From positions 3,136,001-3,200,000 of the forward strand of contig OZ244070.1 of the NCBI GenBank assembly GCA_965215605.1: a stretch of 64,000 bases of DNA. Reading direction: 5' to 3'. Below, piece after piece: positions 39,636 through 52,938 of this stretch; the first letter of the stretch is position 1; each line of letters opens with the position of its first letter. This DNA comes from an uncultured Candidatus Binatia bacterium. GTDB lineage: Bacteria > Desulfobacterota > Binatia > UBA9968 > JAJDTQ01. Both the position numbers and the translations under genes were made by a program. Below the pieces are notes generated by a model that saw nothing but the letters and a program-made list of their open reading frames with translations, made no database searches and was not told the origin of the DNA.

Positions 39636-40601
39636 TTACATCAAGCCCTTTTCCTTGTAGTACTTCGTAGCCCCCGGATGCATCGGCGCCGCGAGGCCGT
39701 CCAGCATTCCCTTCGGGGTCAGAATCTTGAACGCGGGGTGCAGGTTGCGGAGCGCGTCGAGGTTCTCGAACACGGTCTTCACCACCGTATAGACCTGGTC
39801 CGCGGGCTCTTTCTCGCCGGTCACGAAGGTCGCCTTCACGGCGTAGGTCGGAACGGCCTTGTCCACACCCTTGTAGATTCCGCCGGGAATCGCCGTCATG
39901 GCGTAGTAGGGCTTGTCCGTTGCCAGCTTCTGGATTCCCTTCGAGTTCAAGGGGATCATGGTGATGGCGGTGCTGTTGGCTATTTCCAGGCCGCCGCCCC
40001 AGGGGTTGCCCACGGTGTAGAAGAACGCATCGATCTTCTTGTCGACCAGCGCGCGGTTGGCTTCGTTCTGCTGCAGACCTTCGGCCTTGATGTCCTTGTC
40101 CTTGTCGATGCCGGCGAGGCGCAGCACCTCCTCCGCGTTACCCCGTTGTCCGGACCCGGGGTTGCCGATGTTGACGCGCTTGCCCTTGAGGCCGGCCACG
40201 GAGGTGATCCCCGTGTCCTTGCGCGTGACCAGCATCACGGTCTCGGGATGGGCGCTGAAGACCGTACGCAGTCCTTTCTGGGGCTTGCCGTCCCAGTCCC
40301 TCTTGCCGTTGGCGGCCTGCCAGACACGGTCGGACTGGGCCACGCCGTAGTTCAAGAGGCCTCTCTTGATGGCGTTGATGTTGAAGACCGATCCGAGGGC
40401 CGGCCGGCCGATGCAGTTGTAGCCCTTGCTGCCCAGCTTGTCGTTGATAATCTTGCAGACGTTGAGAGCCACCTGATAGTAGACGCCGGTGGTGGAGCCC
40501 CCGCCCACCACGAGGAAATTCTGTGCAGCCGCATCCTTGGCCGCCATGGTCATGGTGCCGCACAGCGCGAGACCAATCATAAACGTGAGTAAGCGTTTCA
40601 T
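39636..40601 (-). CDS. TAXI-family TRAP solute-binding protein
   Basis: Signal peptide; GGSTTGVYY, GSVFNI, AQSD, LKGKRVNIGNPGSGQR and PMHPGA.KYYKE motifs. Confidence 0.93.
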   Translation of the reverse strand: MKRLLTFMIGLALCGTMTMAAKDAAAQNFLVVGGGSTTGVYYQVALNVCKIINDKLGSKGYNCIGRPALGSVFNINAIKRGLLNYGVAQSDRVWQAANGKRDWDGKPQKGLRTVFSAHPETVMLVTRKDTGITSVAGLKGKRVNIGNPGSGQRGNAEEVLRLAGIDKDKDIKAEGLQQNEANRALVDKKIDAFFYTVGNPWGGGLEIANSTAITMIPLNSKGIQKLATDKPYYAMTAIPGGIYKGVDKAVPTYAVKATFVTGEKEPADQVYTVVKTVFENLDALRNLHPAFKILTPKGMLDGLAAPMHPGATKYYKEKGLM

Positions 40602-40929
40602 AGGGTCCTCCTTCAGGTTACGTTTCCGGTCGTGAGACCATTCTTGAGCCAACAGCCGTTGTCTATCCCACAAGGGGTCCGGCAATGCAACAGGACCTTT
40701 CGGAACGGGCGTCTCGCGAATCGCCGGCGCTTCGGGACCGACCACGCGGATGGCCGGCAACCAGGGGTCATGCAAAGGAAACGGACGGCGCGGCGCGCGG
40801 CCGTCGTGCCCGTGCGTGGATGCGCTGGTGGATATTTCGCAAATCCTGGGATACGTTTTTGCGGAAGCCCCAGGGACCCGGGCACCCGGCCCGGAGCTGT
40901 TTCACCGTACCGACGTCCAGGAAATTCAG

Positions 40930-42321
40930 ATGAAGGAAGACGGAGTGGCTGAAGTCGCCGGCATGCTCGACATCGCCCGACTGGAAGAAGACGTGGCCGC
41001 GGGGCGGGTGGATACCGTGCTGGTGGCGTTCACCGACCTCTACGGCCGGTTCATGGGCAAACGGCTGGACGCCGGTTATTTCCTGGACACGGCGGCCTCC
41101 GAGGGCACCCACGCCTGCGATTACCTGCTGACCGCGGACATGGAGATGGAGCCGGTGCAGGGATACCGGCTGGCCAACTGGAAGCGGGGCTATGGCGACG
41201 TCCATCTGGCGCCGGACCTGAGCACTCTGCGGCGCCTCAGCTGGCAGGACAGGACCGCGCTGGTGCTGTGCGACGTCAAGGAGAACGTCTCCCACGAACT
41301 GGTCGCGGAAGCGCCCCGCTCGGTGCTGCGGGGGCAACTGCAACGGGCTCGTTCCCTGGGGTTCGAGGTCATGGCGGCATCGGAGCTGGAGTACTACCTG
41401 TTCGAGGACTCGTACCGGCAGGCGGCGGAGAAGCACTACCAGGACCTGGCGCCCGCGGGCGGCTACATCGAGGACTATCACGTGCTCCAGGGGTTCCGGG
41501 AGGAAGGTTTCCACGGCGCGGTGCGACGCCACCTGCGGGACTCCGGAGTGCCGGTGGAGAGTTCCAAGGGCGAGTGGGGACCGGGCCAGCACGAGCTCAA
41601 CGTACGCTACAGCGAAATCCTGACCATGGCCGACCGTCACTGCGTGTACAAGGAGTGCCTCAAGGAGGTGGCGGAGCAGATGGGCCTGAGCGTCACCTTC
41701 ATGGCCAAGTACGCGTCGGAGCTGGCGGGGTCGAGCTGCCACATGCACCTGAGCCTGTGGCGCGACGGCGGCGGCAATGCCTTCGCCGGAAACGGCGGCC
41801 AGGACGGGTTCTCCGACGTGTTCCGTTGGTTCCTCGGGGGCTGGCTGACCCACATGGCGGAGACCATGGTGTTCTACGCGCCCACCGTCAATGCCTACAA
41901 GCGTTACCGGGCGGAGTCCTGGGCGCCCACCGGCATCGCCTGGGGCCACGACAACCGCACCGCCGGGTTCCGGGTGGTGGGGCGGGGCCATGGCTGCCGC
42001 ATCGAATGCCGCGTGCCGGGCGCGGACTGCAACCCCTACCTTGCCTATGCCGCGGCCCTGGCCGCGGGCATGGACGGCATCCGGCGCCGGATCGAGCCGC
42101 CCCCCGCGTTCGATGGCAACCTGTACGCCGCCGCCGACCTGTTGCAGGTGCCGGGGGCGCTGGCGGACGCGGTCGACCTGTTCGAGGCCAGCGAGTTCTG
42201 CCGCGAGAGTTTCGGCGCCGACGTGGTGGAGCACTACGCCCATTTCTTTCGCACCGAAGTGCGAAAGTACCGCGAGGCGGTGACCGACTGGGAAAGGAAA
42301 CGCTATTTCGAGAGGATCTGA
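40930..42321 (+). CDS. Glutamine synthetase-like gamma-glutamyl-amine ligase (GlnA4/PauA type)
   Basis: DLYGRFMGKR, ELEYY, KGEWGPGQHE, AGSSCHMHLS, DNRT.FR and IECRVPGADCNPY motifs; the start is uncertain. Confidence 0.9.
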   Translation: MKEDGVAEVAGMLDIARLEEDVAAGRVDTVLVAFTDLYGRFMGKRLDAGYFLDTAASEGTHACDYLLTADMEMEPVQGYRLANWKRGYGDVHLAPDLSTLRRLSWQDRTALVLCDVKENVSHELVAEAPRSVLRGQLQRARSLGFEVMAASELEYYLFEDSYRQAAEKHYQDLAPAGGYIEDYHVLQGFREEGFHGAVRRHLRDSGVPVESSKGEWGPGQHELNVRYSEILTMADRHCVYKECLKEVAEQMGLSVTFMAKYASELAGSSCHMHLSLWRDGGGNAFAGNGGQDGFSDVFRWFLGGWLTHMAETMVFYAPTVNAYKRYRAESWAPTGIAWGHDNRTAGFRVVGRGHGCRIECRVPGADCNPYLAYAAALAAGMDGIRRRIEPPPAFDGNLYAAADLLQVPGALADAVDLFEASEFCRESFGADVVEHYAHFFRTEVRKYREAVTDWERKRYFERI

Positions 42322-42345
42322 AAGACCCGGCCGCCGGGCGGGAGT

Positions 42346-43071
42346 ATGCGCGTGAGCGGCGACGGCGAAGGAAACGCCCCGTTCGTCGGCATCACCACGT
42401 ACGGTCGCGGCCCGCACAACCGGTACATTCTGCCGGCGGAGTACGTGGACGCGGTGCGCCGGGGCGGCGGCATCCCGTTGCTTCTGCCCCCTGGGGAGGA
42501 GCGGATGGACGCGATCCTGCCGCTCCTCAAGGCGGTGGTGTTCAGCGGCGGCGGCGACCTCGATCCCGACCTCTACGCCGGTCTACACCACGAGACCATT
42601 TACATGGTGGAGCCCGAACGGGACCGCTCCGAGATCGAGCTCGCCCGGCGCGTGTTCGATCTGGGGGTCCCCACCCTGGCCATCTGCCGTGGGACCCAGA
42701 TACTCAACGTCGCCGAGGGCGGGACGCTGATCGAGCACCTTCCCGACGTGGTGGGGGAGACGGTGATCCATCGTGCCCCGCCCCGCGAGCCTGTCGCCCA
42801 CCCTGTGCGCGTGTTGTCGGAGTCACGGCTGGCCGGCGTCCTGGGAGCCACCGACTTCTCATGCATGTCGTGGCACCACCAGGCCATTCGCAAGGCGGCG
42901 CCGGGATTCGAGGTCGTGGCGTATGCCCCGGACGGCACCATCGAGGGTCTGGAGATGCGGTCGCACCCCTGGCTCTTCGCGGTGCAGTGGCACCCCGAGC
43001 TGACCGCGGCCGAAGACCCCGTACAACAGCGCCTGTTCGATGCGCTGGTGGAGGCCGCAGCCGGGAGTTGA
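42346..43071 (+). CDS. Peptidase C26 / gamma-glutamyl-amide hydrolase (PuuD-like)
   Basis: SGGGDLDP, AICRG.Q.LNV..GG.L, HHQA and VQWHPE triad motifs. Confidence 0.92.
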   Translation: MRVSGDGEGNAPFVGITTYGRGPHNRYILPAEYVDAVRRGGGIPLLLPPGEERMDAILPLLKAVVFSGGGDLDPDLYAGLHHETIYMVEPERDRSEIELARRVFDLGVPTLAICRGTQILNVAEGGTLIEHLPDVVGETVIHRAPPREPVAHPVRVLSESRLAGVLGATDFSCMSWHHQAIRKAAPGFEVVAYAPDGTIEGLEMRSHPWLFAVQWHPELTAAEDPVQQRLFDALVEAAAGS

Positions 43072-43113
43072 GCAAGGTGCCTCCAAAACCACTTCGGGAT
43101 CCAGGTTGTGGTC

Positions 43114-43920
43114 ATGCGTCTTGAGGACAAGGTGGCGCTCATCACCGGCGGCGCCGGCGGCATCGGCCGGGAGACCGCCCTGCTGTTCGCGCGCGAGGGC
43201 GCCCGGGTGGTCATCGCGGATGTGGATGACCGCGCCGGCAAGCGTCTGGCGGGCCGCATCAACCGGAACGGGGGCAAGGCGGTATACGCTCACGCGGACG
43301 TGTCCCGTAGCGCCGACTGCGCCGGGATGGTGGCGGCCGCGGAGGCCGAGTTCGGCGCGCTCCACGTCCTGTTCAACAACGCCGGCATCATGCTGGCCGA
43401 TGACGCCGGCGCGGTGGAGACCTCGGAAGCGGTCTGGGACGCCACGCTGTCGGTGAATCTCAAGGGGGTGTTCCTGGGCTGCAAGCACGGCATCCCGGCG
43501 TTGCGGCGCGCGGGCGGCGGCTCCGTCATCAACACCGCCTCGTTCGTTGCGCTGATGGGCGCCGCCACCCCGCAACTCGCCTACACCGCCAGCAAGGGCG
43601 GGGTGGTGGCCCTGAGCCGGGAACTGGCGGTGATCCACGCCCGGGAGAACATCCGGGTCAACGCGCTCTGTCCGGGCCCGTTGCGCACGGACTTGCTGAT
43701 GAAGGTGCTCGACACGCCCCGGAAGCAGCAGCGCCGCCTGGTCCACATCCCCATGGGGCGTTTCGGAGAGGCCCGGGAGATCGCCCGGGCGGCGTTGTAT
43801 CTGGCCGGCGACGATTCGTCCTTCGTCACCGGCGCCGAGTTCGTGGTGGACGGCGGCATCACCGCCGCCTACGTTACGCCGGAGCCGGCGCGTCCGCGGA
43901 AGGGGAAGAGGAAGGGTTGA
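43114..43920 (+). CDS. Short-chain dehydrogenase/reductase
   Basis: [17 protein letters not shown] and [11 protein letters not shown] motifs. Confidence 0.92.
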   Translation: MRLEDKVALITGGAGGIGRETALLFAREGARVVIADVDDRAGKRLAGRINRNGGKAVYAHADVSRSADCAGMVAAAEAEFGALHVLFNNAGIMLADDAGAVETSEAVWDATLSVNLKGVFLGCKHGIPALRRAGGGSVINTASFVALMGAATPQLAYTASKGGVVALSRELAVIHARENIRVNALCPGPLRTDLLMKVLDTPRKQQRRLVHIPMGRFGEAREIARAALYLAGDDSSFVTGAEFVVDGGITAAYVTPEPARPRKGKRKG

Positions 43921-43928
43921 GGGATCAC

Positions 43929-47609
<3,681 letters not shown>

Positions 47610-47650
47610 AGCAAGGCCGGCATTCCGCCGCCTGCCGCGGGCAATCATCT

Positions 47651-48469
47651 CTACCCTGCGAGAAAACCCTTCACCAGCGCCGCCGTGGTCTCCGGGTCCT
47701 CCGCCTGGGGACTGTGGCCGGCGCCCTTCACCAACTCCACGCCGTCGGAACCGGGGATGCCGGCGGCATAGGCCTCGCCGTGCGACACGGGCACCATTTG
47801 GTCCGCTTCTCCCCACACCACCAGGGTCGGCGCCGCGATGCGGCGCAGGCGGCTTCGCAGCGAGCGGTTGTAGAAGTAGGGGGGACTGAAGCCGAACCGG
47901 TTGGTGAAGCGTATCATCTGGTAACGCCGCAACTCGTCCTCGATGTTTTCGGCCCGGCCGTCGGGGAACAGCGCGTTCCCAACCGGCGCGCGGTCGCTTT
48001 CGAACAGCATGGCCCGCAGTTCCGAGTAGTCGGTGCCTCGCACCGGGTGGGACATCATGAAGATGTCGCCGATGGGCGCCCCGGACACGAACAGGCCCGA
48101 GGCGTCGATGAGCACGAGCTTGCGGACCTTCTCGGGGTGGCGCGCCGCGAGCTCGGCGGCGACCCATCCGCCGACGCAGGTCCCCACCAGATGGAAGCGG
48201 TTGAGCCCCAGGGCGTCGATCACCTCCAGGTAGTGGAACACCAGGTCCTCGGCGGACTCCAGGTACTCGATCTCGTCGGACGCCGCGCACCCCGGATGCG
48301 CCGGGGCGTAGAGCTGGCAGCTCTCCATGAGCTGCTCGTGGAAAGGCATCCAGCCCTCCGTGACCGCGTGCACATCGGCGAATCCGTGGAGGTAGAGGGT
48401 GGGCTCGCCCGCGCCGTCCTCCAGGACCGACACCTTCCGGCCGTTGATCTCCAGGGTCCGTGCGCTCAT
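47651..48469 (-). CDS. Alpha/beta hydrolase with Cys at the nucleophile elbow
   Basis: YLHGF, GTCVGG, WGEADQMVP and AGHSP motifs; ATGA-coupled to the upstream LLM gene. Confidence 0.85.
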   Translation of the reverse strand: MSARTLEINGRKVSVLEDGAGEPTLYLHGFADVHAVTEGWMPFHEQLMESCQLYAPAHPGCAASDEIEYLESAEDLVFHYLEVIDALGLNRFHLVGTCVGGWVAAELAARHPEKVRKLVLIDASGLFVSGAPIGDIFMMSHPVRGTDYSELRAMLFESDRAPVGNALFPDGRAENIEDELRRYQMIRFTNRFGFSPPYFYNRSLRSRLRRIAAPTLVVWGEADQMVPVSHGEAYAAGIPGSDGVELVKGAGHSPQAEDPETTAALVKGFLAG

Positions 48470-49713
48470 GCCGTCGCTCCGGCCGCCGCAAGGGTCTCTT
48501 CCATCCTCGGGTAGGCCTTGGCGAAGACCCGTGCCGAGTCTTCCCTCAGGGCCGGCGCCACCTCGGTGGCGAACAGCCGTTGGCTCTTGAGCGCCAGCTC
48601 ACCCGGCATGTTGCCGAGATGGAACTGGATCAGCAGGTTTCCAACCTGCGACTTCTCGATCAGGTCCAGGATCTTCCGGTGCACGGTCTCGGGACTTCCG
48701 ACCACGATGGACTGGGCCTTGTCCAGCTCGTCCCAGTCATTGACGTCCCCCAGCATCGCGCGGTTCGGATCGGAATGCTTCAGGAATTCCTTCCAGGCGG
48801 GGGCCGGGATGTACGGCACGCCGGCGCCGAAGGTGAGCTGGCGTCCTTCCTTGCGCAGGTGGCCCTTGAGGCAGTTGCGCAGGAAGTACCACACGCCCTC
48901 CTCGCACTCCTCCTTGGCCTGGGCGTCGGTCTCGCTCACGTAGGCCGACATCAGGATGCCCATGCGGTACGGCTGGTAGGTGTCGCCGTGGTCTTCCAGC
49001 ACCTTGGAGAACTGCTCACGAGCCCGGTAGGTCTCGCCGCCGTGGCTTCGGGACGAGAGGAAGTAGCAATAGCCGCGCTTGGCCACCTCCGTCAGCGTCG
49101 AGGCGCTACGGGAACCGGGGACCCATATGGGCGGGTGGGGCTTCTGGGTCGGCTTGGGCCAGGGGTTGACGTAGCGGAGCGGATAGTAGCGGCCCTCGTG
49201 ATTGAACGGGCCGTCGTCGGTCCAGGCCCGCACCACCAGGTCCATGGCCTCCCAGAAGCGTTCCCGGGAGGTCACCGAGGGGATGTCGTAGTTGTAGTTT
49301 TCGGGACCGCCTCCGGGGGCGAAGCCGGCGATGATGCGCCCGTTGCTCATGTTGTCGAGCATGGCGTACTCTTCCGCCACCCGGAGCGGGTTGTTGTGAA
49401 GCGGCAGCAGGTTGCCCAGCACACAGATCCTGGCCTTGCTGGAGCGCTGGGTCAGCGCCGCCGCGATGAGGTTCGGTGACGGCATCAGGCCGTAGATGTT
49501 CTGGTGGTGCTCGTTCAGCACGAGCCCGTCGAAGCCGAGCTCGTCCGCGTAGGCGAGTTGGTCGATGTATTCCTGGAACAGGCCGCGGGACTTCTCCGAG
49601 TCCCAAAGCTTGTTGGGAACCGTCACCCAGCCCGTGTCGTACTTCTCGTCGAAGTCCTTGGGCAGGTGGGGATAGGCCATGAAGTGCCAACAGAATAGCT
49701 GTACCGGGTGCAT
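48466..49713 (-). CDS. LLM-class flavin-dependent monooxygenase (luciferase-like)
   Basis: ADELGFDGLVLNEHH, NPLRVAEEYAMLDNMSNGR, WPKPTQKPHPPIW and VGSPETV motifs. Confidence 0.9.
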   Translation of the reverse strand: MHPVQLFCWHFMAYPHLPKDFDEKYDTGWVTVPNKLWDSEKSRGLFQEYIDQLAYADELGFDGLVLNEHHQNIYGLMPSPNLIAAALTQRSSKARICVLGNLLPLHNNPLRVAEEYAMLDNMSNGRIIAGFAPGGGPENYNYDIPSVTSRERFWEAMDLVVRAWTDDGPFNHEGRYYPLRYVNPWPKPTQKPHPPIWVPGSRSASTLTEVAKRGYCYFLSSRSHGGETYRAREQFSKVLEDHGDTYQPYRMGILMSAYVSETDAQAKEECEEGVWYFLRNCLKGHLRKEGRQLTFGAGVPYIPAPAWKEFLKHSDPNRAMLGDVNDWDELDKAQSIVVGSPETVHRKILDLIEKSQVGNLLIQFHLGNMPGELALKSQRLFATEVAPALREDSARVFAKAYPRMEETLAAAGATA

Positions 49714-49758
49714 GTGTCCCTCCTGGTGTCAGACCGCGTGAAACGGAATACGTCGAGA

Positions 49759-50325
49759 CTATGTGAAGCTCCGGTTTCGGACTTTCTTTCGCAAGCGGAG
49801 GCGGGTCCAGCCCATCAGCCAGCCAGCCAGGAGCACCCCGGCTCCGGCCAGGAACCAGCGCAGCCGTATGTCCCGCTGCAGATCGGAGCTTTCCTGCTGG
49901 AGCCGTCTGAGCACCCGATTGTCGTTGGAGCTATTCTTGGTCAGCGTCTCGTTCGCGGCCAGGAGTTCCGTGTTCCTGCCGCGCAGCGCCGCGAGTTCCG
50001 TGGCCTGGGACTCTACCTTGGCGGTCAACTCTTCGATCATCCGCAAGGGCGGCGCTTCGCCGGTCAGGAAGCTCTTGAGCACGTAGCCTTGGCGCCCGTC
50101 GGGCAGTACGACGAGGCTGTACTCGCCCTCTTCCGACACCGCCTCCATCTCGTTGCCGGTCTGCAGCACCGCGAGGATACGGTGCTCCACGCTGGGTCCG
50201 GAGCGCAGCATGATCTCGCGGTGGCCGCTGACGTAGGCCTTTTCCGCATGGCAGAGCGAAGCGGACGATAGCACGATCAGGCCCAGGAGCCAGATGCACG
50301 GTTTTCGGCTGCGGCCACGCCTCAT
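49759..50325 (-). CDS. TIGR04211-like SH3 domain membrane protein (YgiM/HtrG-like)
   Basis: Signal peptide, LRSGPSVEHRI SH3b motif, a coiled coil and a C-terminal WFLAGAGVLL.G TM with a basic tail. Confidence 0.85.
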   Translation of the reverse strand: MRRGRSRKPCIWLLGLIVLSSASLCHAEKAYVSGHREIMLRSGPSVEHRILAVLQTGNEMEAVSEEGEYSLVVLPDGRQGYVLKSFLTGEAPPLRMIEELTAKVESQATELAALRGRNTELLAANETLTKNSSNDNRVLRRLQQESSDLQRDIRLRWFLAGAGVLLAGWLMGWTRLRLRKKVRNRSFT

Positions 50326-51200
50326 GCGGTGCCCTCCGACAGGCACCCCATCTGGTTCAAGACCGTGCGCAACATCAGGCTGCCGCGTTCTCCGAGCTGG
50401 CCGGAGACCGAGAAGTGGTGCTTTCCGGGGACCTCCAGGTAGCTGCAGTCCAGGCCCCGCTCCCGGCAGAGGGCGAAGAAGTCCCTGGACATGCCGATCC
50501 AGCCCCGGGTCTCGGCCCCGCCCACCGCCACCACGAACGGGGCCCGGTCCAGGGGAGGATGGAGCATGGCGCTGATCTCCCGTGCGGTATCGGGCGTCAG
50601 GCGGATGTCGTCATTGGAAGAGACGTAGAAGACGGGGTCGGCGTCGTAGACCCCGGTGATGGCCACGGCGGCCTTGATGATGTCCTCGGGCAGGCCGTCC
50701 TCCTCCCAGCGATGGCTGAGGGCCCTGGCTGTCAGGTGCCCGCCGGCCGAGGACCCCGAAAGGTAGATCCGCTCCGGGTCGCCGCCGTACTCGGCGATGT
50801 GGCGATAGACCCATGCGATGCCCTCGCGGGTCTCGCGCATGATGTCGGGCACGGTGACCTGGGGACACAGGTCGTATTCCAGCAGCACCATGGTGGCCCC
50901 GGCCTCGACGAAGGGCTCGGCAATGAAGCTGTAGGCGTCCTTGCTGCCGCCGCGCCAGTAGCCGCCGTGGATGTAGATCTGCACCGGGGCGCCGGCCTGC
51001 TCGGCCGGGAAGATGTCGAGGGTCGTTCGCGGGCGGTCGCCGTAGCGCACGTCGCGGACATGCTTGAGCTTCGCGCGGGTGGCTTCGCTGGCCGCCTCCC
51101 GTTCCAGCGCCAGTTGCGGATATTCGGTCACGGTGGTGCGGGGATTGAACTGGTACTCCATTTCGTCCCGTTTGAAGTCCTTGTAGACCGTCTCCGCCAT
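50322..51200 (-). CDS. Alpha/beta hydrolase, kynurenine formamidase/arylformamidase-like
   Basis: LDIFPA, IHGGYWR, YDLCP, GSSAGGHL and HHFS motifs; AGGAGG RBS. Confidence 0.85.
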   Translation of the reverse strand: MAETVYKDFKRDEMEYQFNPRTTVTEYPQLALEREAASEATRAKLKHVRDVRYGDRPRTTLDIFPAEQAGAPVQIYIHGGYWRGGSKDAYSFIAEPFVEAGATMVLLEYDLCPQVTVPDIMRETREGIAWVYRHIAEYGGDPERIYLSGSSAGGHLTARALSHRWEEDGLPEDIIKAAVAITGVYDADPVFYVSSNDDIRLTPDTAREISAMLHPPLDRAPFVVAVGGAETRGWIGMSRDFFALCRERGLDCSYLEVPGKHHFSVSGQLGERGSLMLRTVLNQMGCLSEGTA

Positions 51201-51373
51201 GACGATTCCTCCTTGCTCCGGCGTGTCCGGCCCGGAATCGCTTGCCGCGACCTGCCGGTCCGGAAATGTGTAGCAGATCCGGTCACATGAAGCGAGAACA
51301 ACTTTCCGGTTCCGGCGGCCGAAAGGAGCCCCGGTGCTTGCCACCGGCCGCGCCTTCCCGTAAGGAATTCCGT

Positions 51374-52687
51374 ATGGACATGGCGAGCTATGCGAAGCGG
51401 CGGGAGGCCTTTGCGGACAGCATGGGCGAGGGCGTGGCCATCATCCCGGCGGCACCTCAGGCCACCCGCTCCAACGATGTGGAGTACCGGTACCGGCAGG
51501 ACAACGACCTGCTCTATCTGACCGGGTTCCCGGAACCCAACTGCCTCTGCGTCCTGTCACCGCAGCATGAGCGGGAACGCTTCATCCTGTTCGTGCAGCC
51601 GCGGGACCGGGAAAAGGAGACCTGGACCGGAAAGCGGTACGGGGTGGATGGGGCGCGGGAGGTATTCGGCGCGGACGCCGCCTACACCATCGACCAGGTG
51701 CGGGAGGTTCTGCCCGAGCATCTGGCGCGGACGGACAACGTCTGCTTCGCCCCGGGCCGGGACGAGCGCATGACCGCCTTGATACAGGAACTCATCGACA
51801 ACAGCCGATCCGGGCGCGCCCGCACCGGCCGGGGCGTGGTGTCGCTGGTGGACCCGGCCGCGATTCTGCACGAAATGCGCCTTTTCAAGTCGGCCGGGGA
51901 GCTGGATCTCATGCGCCGGGCGGTGGCTGCGTCCGCCGGCGCCCACGTGGCGGCCATGAGGGGAGTCCGTGACGGCGCCTTCGAATACGAGCTGGAGGCG
52001 TTGCTGGAGTACCACTTCCGCGCGGCCGGCGGCTCCGGTTGGGCCTATCCGTCCATCGTCGCATCCGGCGCCAACGCGACCATCCTCCACTACACCCAGA
52101 ACGACCGCCGCATGCGCGACGGCGACCTCGTGCTCATCGACGCCGGCGCGGAATTCGGCGGCTACTGCTCGGACGTGACGCGCACGTTTCCCGTGGGGGC
52201 GGGCTATTCGCCGCCGCAGCGGCGGGTCTACGACATCGTGCTGCGGGCGCAGAAGGAGGGCATCGCCGCGGTCCGTCCCGGGGCCTCCATGGAGGACGTC
52301 CACAAACGGGCCACCGAAGTCCTGGTGGACGGGTTGCTCGAAATCGGTCTCCTGGAGGGCGAGGCCGGCGACCTCATCGAGAAGGGCGAGCACACCCGGT
52401 TCTACATGCACCGCACCGGCCACTGGCTGGGCCTCGACGTGCACGACGTCGGCCGCTACCGGGTGGACGGCGTCTCACGGCCGCTTGAACCCGGAATGGT
52501 GCTCACCGTGGAACCGGGCCTCTACATTGCCGAAGACCTGGAGCGGGTGAGCGACGACTACCGTGGCATCGGCATCCGCATCGAGGACGACGTCCTGGTC
52601 ACCGAGGAGGGCCACGAGGTGCTGTCGGCCGCCATCCCCAAGGAAGTCGACGACATCGAAGCCCTCCGGAGGGAGGAGGCGCGCTGA
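51374..52687 (+). CDS. pepP: Xaa-Pro aminopeptidase
   Basis: YRQDNDLLYLTGF.EP, ILHY, LIDAG, SDVTRTFP, HRTGHWLGLDVHD, TVEPG and GIRIEDD motifs. Confidence 0.95.
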   Translation: MDMASYAKRREAFADSMGEGVAIIPAAPQATRSNDVEYRYRQDNDLLYLTGFPEPNCLCVLSPQHERERFILFVQPRDREKETWTGKRYGVDGAREVFGADAAYTIDQVREVLPEHLARTDNVCFAPGRDERMTALIQELIDNSRSGRARTGRGVVSLVDPAAILHEMRLFKSAGELDLMRRAVAASAGAHVAAMRGVRDGAFEYELEALLEYHFRAAGGSGWAYPSIVASGANATILHYTQNDRRMRDGDLVLIDAGAEFGGYCSDVTRTFPVGAGYSPPQRRVYDIVLRAQKEGIAAVRPGASMEDVHKRATEVLVDGLLEIGLLEGEAGDLIEKGEHTRFYMHRTGHWLGLDVHDVGRYRVDGVSRPLEPGMVLTVEPGLYIAEDLERVSDDYRGIGIRIEDDVLVTEEGHEVLSAAIPKEVDDIEALRREEAR

Positions 52688-52734
52688 CACGGGCCAGGGC
52701 CGGATTCGACGCCCTCGGCGCCGGCGCTTTGGGT

Positions 52735-52920
52735 TCAATCGCAGCCGAGACAGCGAACGGTCTGGAAGACGGCCTTTTCGTCAGCGCTGGTGCGGGCGTG
52801 GTCCAGCACGATGCGAAGGGCCTTGGCGGGGTCGGGCAGCTCGTACTTCTTGGCCATGGCGTCCAGCCATTCCTGTTGAACCCGCTCGATCTCCAGGCTT
52901 GCGTTGATCTTGTCCTTCAT
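52735..52920 (-). CDS. Small hypothetical protein (possible ribbon-helix-helix, C-terminal CxxC)
   Basis: AAAGGAG RBS; 61 aa with strand-helix-helix pattern ending RCLGCD. Confidence 0.65.
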   Translation of the reverse strand: MKDKINASLEIERVQQEWLDAMAKKYELPDPAKALRIVLDHARTSADEKAVFQTVRCLGCD

Positions 52921-52938
52921 TCGATGCTCCTTTGCAGG

